Source of the DNA: the human T2T-CHM13v2.0 reference genome, Homo sapiens
Assembly: GCF_009914755.1 (NCBI RefSeq)
Contig: NC_060929.1
Strand: one strand, 5' to 3'
Length of the DNA: 64,000 nt
The notes below the pieces were generated by a model. The model was not told the origin of the DNA. It made no database searches and was given only the letters and a program-made list of their open reading frames with translations. A program made the translations under genes and the position numbers. Below, in pieces: positions 44,031 through 64,000 of the stretch (positions are counted from its first letter, which is position 1; each line of letters opens with the position of its first letter).

Positions 44031-44375
44031 TCAGGATGTGCCAAGGGTGTGTGCAGCTGAGGTGGAGTTGCGGTGAGGGGCTGGGCAGTCAGAGCCCTGG
44101 AGGCATGACGCTTGCGTGCATGGCTGGCTCCTAGGATGGCGCCAGGAGCAGGAGCAGAGGGAACGCAGCATGGAAGTCTTCAGGAAACTTCTCTCCCCCT
44201 GGAATGTCGGCTCCCGGAGAACAGGACCAAGGCTGTCCTGAACACGGCTGTGTCCCCCAGCGCCTGGCACTGAGTAGGCACGCAGCAAACTCTCATCAAG
44301 GATTATGCCTGATACGTCATCGGTTCTCTCTCCTTTACAGATGAGGAGACTGACGCCTGGGGTTCCCAGAAGTAT
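44031..44375 (-). CDS. DOK3: DOK3 alternative terminal exon (ILLGTPGVSLLICKG...HTLGTS*)
   Basis: TTTGCAG acceptor, phase 0 in frame with exon 45726-45898, 114 aa to stop; overlaps MIR- and L2-like sequence. Confidence 0.6.
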   Translation of the reverse strand: MLLGTPGVSLLICKGERTDDVSGIILDESLLRAYSVPGAGGHSRVQDSLGPVLREPTFQGERSFLKTSMLRSLCSCSWRHPRSQPCTQASCLQGSDCPAPHRNSTSAAHTLGTS

Positions 44376-44767
44376 CTGCAAATTGTTGGAGTTTCAGCAG
44401 GGAACAAGTGTTTTGGACGAGGGTGTCTCTGAAATCCCTTCCACCTGCACCCCGCCCCCACTGCCTCCTCCCAGCTCGGGCCTCCGGGTCTCCAGTTGGG
44501 CCCTCATGTTGCTCCTTCCTGAGTCTGACAAGTAAGCCTCACAGCTCCCTCCGCCTGCCTCTTCGTGTCACTCGGCCGTGCAGAGCAACATGGAGTCCTA
44601 ATGATTTCCATCCCGTCTGTCTGCTGCAGTGGATTTGAGCCCACGGGTGGCAGGTAAGGCCCAGGTCACCTGTGCCCCTGGAACCGGCACAGGGTGCTTG
44701 TGTTGGCCGCAATGAACGTGGGCAGGGGCGTGTGCCGTGAGTGCCCCTGCCGGGAGCTGCTCTGAGC

Positions 44768-44773
44768 TTTATT
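44768..44773 (-). terminator. Proximal DOK3 polyA signal
   Basis: AATAAA ~190 nt after the stop. Confidence 0.8.
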
Positions 44774-44965
44774 ATCTGTGAGTCTGCACACTATTCATGA
44801 GGAGGGCAGGGCAGGGCTGAGGTCCTCCACAGGCGGCCTGCCTTGTTCCTGCAGGCCAGGGTGGACACAGGCGTGTGTCTGCATGGGCCCAATGTTTGCC
44901 CACCAGCCCACCCTCCTGTCCCAGGGGGAGCACCTCTCCCCTCTGGCCACCACTCTGCTGGGCGT

Positions 44966-50833
<5,868 letters not shown>

Positions 50834-52576
50834 GAGTTCCCGCCCCTCCCCCGTCCCGCCCCGGGCAGCTGCGCACCCTGGGCCTGACACTCCCTGGCCC
50901 TGCCTCCACCCAGGACCCTTCTCTAGCCAACTCCTGGCTTTCCCACTCGGCGTCCTGGTTTGAGCGCCTCACCCCATCTTGCTGCTTTTCTTTCTCCCTG
51001 AAATCTCTCTCGTGTTCACCTGCTCCTCTCCACCTCACGAGCCACTGAACATCACCAGCCTTTGGCATCCCCCCAGGGGCCACTGCCCCACTGGGGCTCC
51101 ATGCAGCACTCTCCACAACCCAAGACCAACCTGTCTCTCCCCTTCCTGGGGTGCAGCCCAGGCTCCTCAGCCCAACACTCAGGGACCTGTGTGTTCTGGC
51201 CTGCATCTCCCCCAGGCCAGCCCCTCCAGGGCCCCCTCACCACTGTGCTGCCTGGGGCGGTTGGCCACCTCTTCCTCCTGGAGGCCTTCCTTGACCACTC
51301 CACGCTGTCCGAGAGCTCAAAGGCCCTCACGGTATACACTCACGCTGGGCATCCAGTCCACATGGGACCCACAGCCCTGAATGGCCCCAACCACGTGAGT
51401 GTGGGTGGCAGGTCCCAGGGGGCCCCGGAGAGGTCACATGTTCATTTAAAGCTTTGCTTCCTGCTGGGGGCGCCTTTTGTTGGCTTGCCTAGCAAGATGC
51501 CAATAGCGGGGCTGTGTGTATACCTTTATTCTGGAACAGCCTCAGGTCATTCAGCACCACCTCTGGGAGAGAACATGGAAGAGGATAAGGAATGCCATTT
51601 GGGAATGCACTTGGCCAGGAAATATGTCCTGAAGGCCTCCTGGCACCCAGCTCTGTGCCCACTGTGGCCCAAGCAGCCCTAAGCTCCGTCCACCTCAGAC
51701 GCCACATCCTTTGCGTTCTCATCGCCATTTCAACAGTGAGGAAATCGGTGCTCAGAAAAATTAAGTAACTTGCCCAATGCCACATATCAAGTGACAAATA
51801 TGGCTTGAGCAACCGCTGTCTCACTGGAATGAGCATGTGGCCATACATGCAAAGTGCCTGGCTCAGAGGAAGTGTGGCCGCCTGTGCCGTTCCCTGCCTA
51901 CCTCTCACCAGATGCTGAGATCCTGCCTCATCTGCTAGCGGTCTTGTGACTGCCGTCCACGTTTCTGCGTGTGCGTCTTTCTCTCCCCTCGCCTGACGGC
52001 TTCCCAGGCAGCCATCTCCCTGGCCCATCTAGGTCCTCACAGCTCAGCAGAGCTGGGCACAGAGCAGGCTTAGGGAGAGCTTGTGGCCTAAATGGCAGTT
52101 CTATGACATCTGCTGCCTCCTCAGTCAACGGAATGGAGGGCTCCCTCCAGGTGGCTGGCACAGGCAGGCAGTGGGTGGGGGTCCTGAGGCAAGAAGCAGC
52201 CTCCCAAGGGGCTTCAGGAGAAGTCCCTGAAACATCACAGCCCTGACAGGAAGAGTGGGCCTGAGAGCTATGACAGCTGGCCAGGGAGACCAGAGAATCC
52301 AAGCACTTCTCCTTGGCCCGCCAATGTGGTCCCTCCTTGAGTCATAAATTCAGACAACCCAGTGGAGAGACCCAGAGTCCCCAGAGGCGGGCACCAGCTC
52401 GGTGGCTCCTTCCACAGCCAAGTACCAGCAGGCCAGGTGTTGGCAGTGCTAGTGGGAGATGCTGGGGCCTTGCCTCAGAGGGGCTCCAGAGGTCAGAGGT
52501 GACGTCTGTCCAGGAACCAGGGGGCGGATGAGGTGAAACACAGAGGCAGGGCCAGGGCTGGGCTAGAGGTTTGGGC

Positions 52577-52582
52577 TTTAAT
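52577..52582 (-). terminator. DDX41 polyA signal ATTAAA
   Basis: ~190 nt after the stop, followed by a GU-rich element. Confidence 0.8.
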
Positions 52583-52772
52583 GGCAGCTGGGGTAAAAGG
52601 AAACAAAAACAGTAATTCTGAAGAGCACAGGGAACAGGCAGCCAGGACCAGCCTGGCCCATTCCAGGCCAGCTGAGCTGAAATGCTGATTCTGTCCAGGG
52701 GGCTGCTGTATGTGTAGACTGGTGGCAGTCTTGGGGACTGAGGCCTCTTGGAGAGAAGGGAAGACTGTCGGC

Positions 52773-57927
<5,155 letters not shown>

Positions 57928-59061
57928 TCTTTGCTGCACGCATGCGCGCCACGGCGAAACCCCGCCTCATCCTTGCGTGAGACCCAATCCGATGTGAAGA
58001 GGCGAACGACGGCGCGTAGGAACGACCTCGGAGTTCCGGATCGCGCAGAGGGACAAATTTGTTCCGGAGATACTATCGCACGGCGAGGCATGGACGCTTT
58101 CATGGGTGGTTACGCGACAGTTGCCAGGACCGAGGGCGAAACCGGCTGCAAGGCATTGTGGGACATTGGAGGACTTGGAATATGCGCTAGAAGGCTCAAT
58201 CCAAGCCCATTGGAAGAGGAAGACGTACGCAGCGGAGACAGCTGATCCGGAGTCGGGGCGGCCTGCCAGGTGCCCAACCTCTCCCAGAGCATGGCGTCTT
58301 GGGCACGCCCCTGCCGGCGGACAGTGCGTCCTCTAGGGCCGGGAGCTGCGGGCCGAGTTCGCGTGGGCCCTGCGCTTTCATCCCTGCCGGGGACGCCGGG
58401 GTTGCGGGATAAACCGCTCGACACACCCTGCCTCCCTGACTGCGCCTGTGTGACACATACGTTCACTGGTGGGGCACGCATCAGATACGGATGGCAGTGG
58501 TTTTGAAGTGGGAGGCCCTGTATAAATGTAAACGGTTATTACTGTAAATGCTCTAACAGAGCTGCCTGGGGGGCGCTTCCAGGGAAGCGTGGCAATCTCA
58601 GGCCGGGAGAGGAGAGGCGTCCTGGGCCAGGGCGCTGCAGGAATACAGGTCTGGCGATGTGCAAGTACACAGATTCACCAGGCAACAGCATTGCGGCAAG
58701 GGTGGGATGGGGAAGCCAGACCTAAGGCCAGAAAAGGAGATTGCGACCAGAGCATGCCTGCTGTGACTGTCAGAGTAAGTGGTTTCAACTTTATTAGAGA
58801 CTTCTAAGGAATGACTTGGTCAGCTCTGTGCTTTCTTGCCTTCAAGAGTGTGTGCTGGGCGCTGGCACTGCGCTCAAGCAGATGATAATCAAGACACATA
58901 CCTGGTGTGCGAGGAGCTTATGTAGATTGAGACTAGAAATATAGACAGATAACTGGTCTTAAAGAGAAAGATCCTAAGACAAGGTACCGCTTTTCGAAGT
59001 GTCATAGTTTTCACAGTACAATGGCCTCTTAGCTGGGATGTGAAGGATACACAGGAATTCA

Positions 59062-59433
<372 letters not shown>

Positions 59434-60045
59434 TTAAAATCCAAATTTACAAACCAGATCCATTTCGGGGGATGAGGTAGTTTGCTTGACTTTACAGAAG
59501 AGTTCATTATCCTCTTAACTCTCAAGCCCTCAGCTACATGTCCCACCCCCACTGGAAAATCAGATCTAATTTATAAAAAACTCAATTTACCCCCAACTTC
59601 CCCTGACTGTGAAGTCAGTGTGAGGGGCCTCGATGGCCCAGGCTACAGATCCATGAAGGCCTCAGGGTCTTTCCTAGACCTCTTCTCACATCCAGATGCA
59701 CAGAGACCATCTTCAACCCCTCCAACTCACCCATCTTGCAAAGAGGGAAACAGGAAAGAGTGGGGAAGGGGCTGCCCCAGGCTCACATACCAGAGACCTC
59801 CCAAAAGGAGAAAAGGGCACAGATGCCATAATCATACCAGTCTGCGCTCAATGCTAATCAGCCAGACTAAGTTGAGCTGAGTCACTTTCCTATCGGCTTT
59901 AGTTTCCTCACCTGTAAAATGGGACAATAGCACCAAACTGCTGATGCATGGTGCATGCTAGGGTTAGTGACTAAGGGAGAGCCCATGCTTCTGAGCACAC
60001 CCTCAACTCCCTCCCCGCCCAGACCCACAAATCACCAACATGCCA

Positions 60046-60440
60046 ACTCTGTGTCCAAATGTTGCTTTATCTTTCGGCACGAAAGATCTTCACAGTATCA
60101 AAAGTAAAGAATTGGAAAAAAACAAAATAAAAACAAAAACAAAAAAACCAAACACAAAGAGAGCAGTGTTGGGCCAGCAGTACCATCAGCCCTGGCCCTT
60201 AGGCCAGCCCAGTCCACGGGCTCTGAGTGTGGAGGCTGCGTAGCACCAGGAAGCGGCTCTGCTGAGGTCAAGGGGCCCCAGCACAGTGTGGCATCCGTTC
60301 AGCTTTTGGTTGGTCCAGGATGGTGGGGAGCACAGAGGGTCTTGGACGGGTAGGTGGGGCACACAGAGGGAAAAATTATACGCCTTCAGCTGGCAGTCAG
60401 GGCCTCAGGATGCCCTGAAGCAGCTCAGCCTGGGCAGGGC
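60046..60440 (-). other. FAM193B: Non-coding terminal (3'UTR) exon, probably of FAM193B
   Basis: Strong acceptor (CTTAC branch point, long U/C tract, CAG at 60441-60443), U-rich 3'UTR, variant polyA signal GATAAA near 60066; gene identity inferred from known synteny, with no coding exon in the window. Confidence 0.6.
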
Positions 60441-62236
60441 CTGAGAAAGAAAAAAAGAGCAGAATCACAGTAAGCAATGAGCCATGCTCCAGCCTCCCCA
60501 TGCCACTTGGGTACCCATGGGTCTCTGGTAGCAGAAACAGCTGGCTGCTATTTTTGTTCCCTGGGCTGAAAATGTTGAAGATTCCCTGGATCACCTGTAG
60601 CAGAGGATGCAGGTTAACGGGTTGGGAGACAGAGCCCCAGTCCCAGGATCCTGACAAGGTGTGGGACAATCCTTGAGTAGATCCAGCCTTTGGCACTTGC
60701 TGTCCATCAGCAGGGGCTGGGAGGCCAGCTGTGCAGCTGTGCTCCTGCCTCTGACTGTAGGTGCACAGCCCGGGGGAGGGTGAAGAGGCTCAAAGGAGAG
60801 CGCTTACTAGGGGGTGGGGAGAGGGGCATCTTCTATCTTGGAAAAGAGGCCAGACCAGGTGAAAAAGGGTCAAGAGGAGGCAGTGGAAGGAGACAGTTGC
60901 ATTTGATTTCTTGAATGACAGAACTGGGCTTGTGGGAGGAAATGCGATCTCTTTTCTCTCAGTAGGGATAACAGATGAAGTGCCTGGGGTTCCTGCTACT
61001 CCTGGTTCCCATGGAGGTGGAGAAGAGGCAGGAGGCCACCTTGGATCTGGAAGATACTTCTGGGGCTTGTGGGCATCTCAGTTTGGCAAAGGGGGCTGAC
61101 TGAGCCCAACCCCTTCAGAGGAGAGGAGGACTAAAGTGAGTGTAAAGAAGACAGTCTGGACTCTGGGGCAGCACAAGGGTCACAGGGAGCCCCAGCTCTG
61201 AAGGCTGTCCTGGCTGCAGGCTCTCTGAGCTGCCCCTGGGGAGCTGAGGGTCCAGGAAGTTTGCTGCTTAGGCCCAGAGAGGAGCTGGCCTGGCACTGGA
61301 AAGAGGAGAAAGACAGGTGGGGCCATCATGGGGGAAGTGAGTTGTTTGTGAGCTCAGTCTGCCTGCCCCAGCCTTCCAGTCTCCAGGACAGCTGTGTGGT
61401 TGCCAGCCGGAAAAGGCCTGACCCCAGGGACACAGCTGAGGGTTGAGATATGAAACTGCAGAGCCACTCAGCCCCCAGCCCAAGGTCTGCCTGCTAGCTG
61501 CCCTTCTCTTCATCAATAGGGTTCCAGGCCCAGTGCCTTCTCCAGTTGTCTGTTCCCAGTCCAGATCATCATCTGGTACATCATTGTTTCAGACAAAAGG
61601 ACCTGTGTGGGTGGCTGGGAGGGGATGCCAATGCCATCTGGCACCCAGGTCTCTTCCTCTAGGAGGCACTGTGGCTACCAATATCCTCATGGAGCTTGCC
61701 CTGCTTTGGGTAGCCCCCATCAACTCCTCCATGCCTAAATGACCCACGATGTTCACTCAGGGCTGGCCCCTTCTTATACTGCTTCAGCTGGGAAGTACCT
61801 TGGTAGCCTACACTGAGGAGCCCAGGGCAGGAAGTGGGACTTGACACAAGGACTGATAACATCAGGGGTGAGGGCAGCCCCATGGGTCTGATGGCTACCT
61901 GGGCACTTTTGAAATCAGCTGGTTAAGACCCTGATGGTTATGCCTTAGGAGATGCCAGTCCAGGAAGGGGACCTCCAGGAGCATGGGCAGCAGGGCCCAG
62001 GGAGGAGTAATAGAACAGAGGCCTACAGGTGAGTGGCTGCGGGAGGAGATGGGGCCTTGACCTTTGGAGGCTGTAGCCAGCCATTGCTGTGAAGATGCAG
62101 ACAGAAGCCAGGGATCCCATGCCCCAAGTCCAACTCCCTGTGCCCCAGAGCACAGAATGGTCTGGTGAGCGTACAGAGAGGGTGGCCAAGCACAGGGAGA
62201 GGCAGTGGATGTAACTCTTGGGGTCTCTGTACCTCA

Positions 62237-62371
<135 letters not shown>

Positions 62372-62625
62372 TCATTCTTTTGCTCACTGGACTCCTAAGG
62401 TACCATGTCCCCATCACTAAGAGACCAGGTTCTCTACAAAACCTCTTTGGCTCTCAGGTGCTAGGGTTTAGCAGGCATAGGAGCTTTGCTGGCTTGGGGG
62501 CTTCTGGATTGGGCCCAGGGAACTATGTATGAAGACAGTGAAACTGCCTTGGGATTCCAGTTCCTCCTCATCTGGTGTTCGATTCTCTAGCTCTGCTAGG
62601 CTGGCTTCCGTCATTCCCTTAAGTA

Positions 62626-63666
<1,041 letters not shown>

Positions 63667-64000
63667 TATGCCGTGTTTCTTTCACCCTAATCTTTTGTAC
63701 TCACTGGCCCCCTTGGCATGAATACCTTTTCATCTTATCTGGCCAACTCATTCTTACTCTTCAGGTTTCAACTTGGTTACCACCTCTCCTGGGAAGGCCT
63801 CCTGGCCAGCCCCCACCCCTTCTATCCTCCCCAACTCTATGCCATTTATCAGTAGGCTGCATGTTCATGGCCAGACTCCTGGTCTAGACTGCTTCATTGA
63901 CCTCAGCCCAGGCAAAGCAGAGAATGTGCAAGTGAAGACACAAAGCAAATAAAGCTGGAAAAAGCCCTGGTTCTTGGGGCCTGACATGCCTCCTCCTATC

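Overview
This is human (primate) genomic DNA, recognisable as the chr5q35.3 cluster DBN1 - PDLIM7 - DOK3 - DDX41 - FAM193B, with all genes on the minus strand. I rebuilt exons by hand from GT/AG junctions and checked the reading frames. DBN1 (drebrin) is present through c.1126 plus the 138-nt neuronal drebrin-A exon, and its 3' end lies outside the window. PDLIM7 (457 aa, plus a 17-nt microexon and a short terminal exon), DOK3 (440/496 aa, plus a TE-derived alternative terminal exon) and DDX41 (17 exons, 622 aa) are complete. Only the non-coding last exon of FAM193B appears to be present. Introns and intergenic DNA are rich in Alu, L2, MIR, L1M, MLT1, MER1, MER2 and MER5 repeats. Most ORFs in the supplied track are GC-rich or Alu noise. 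I found no evidence of a wholly new gene system. The most notable unexplained signals are: a duplicated DBN1 exon-3 donor with an in-frame AUG; a fully open symmetric 279-nt DBN1 exon; a ~115-bp non-Alu inverted repeat between PDLIM7 and DOK3; an AluYa5 that re-used an older Alu's target site; an overlapping uORF on DDX41; and clusters of RFX-like and B-cell-type motifs. Gene names come from recognising the protein sequences, not from a database search.
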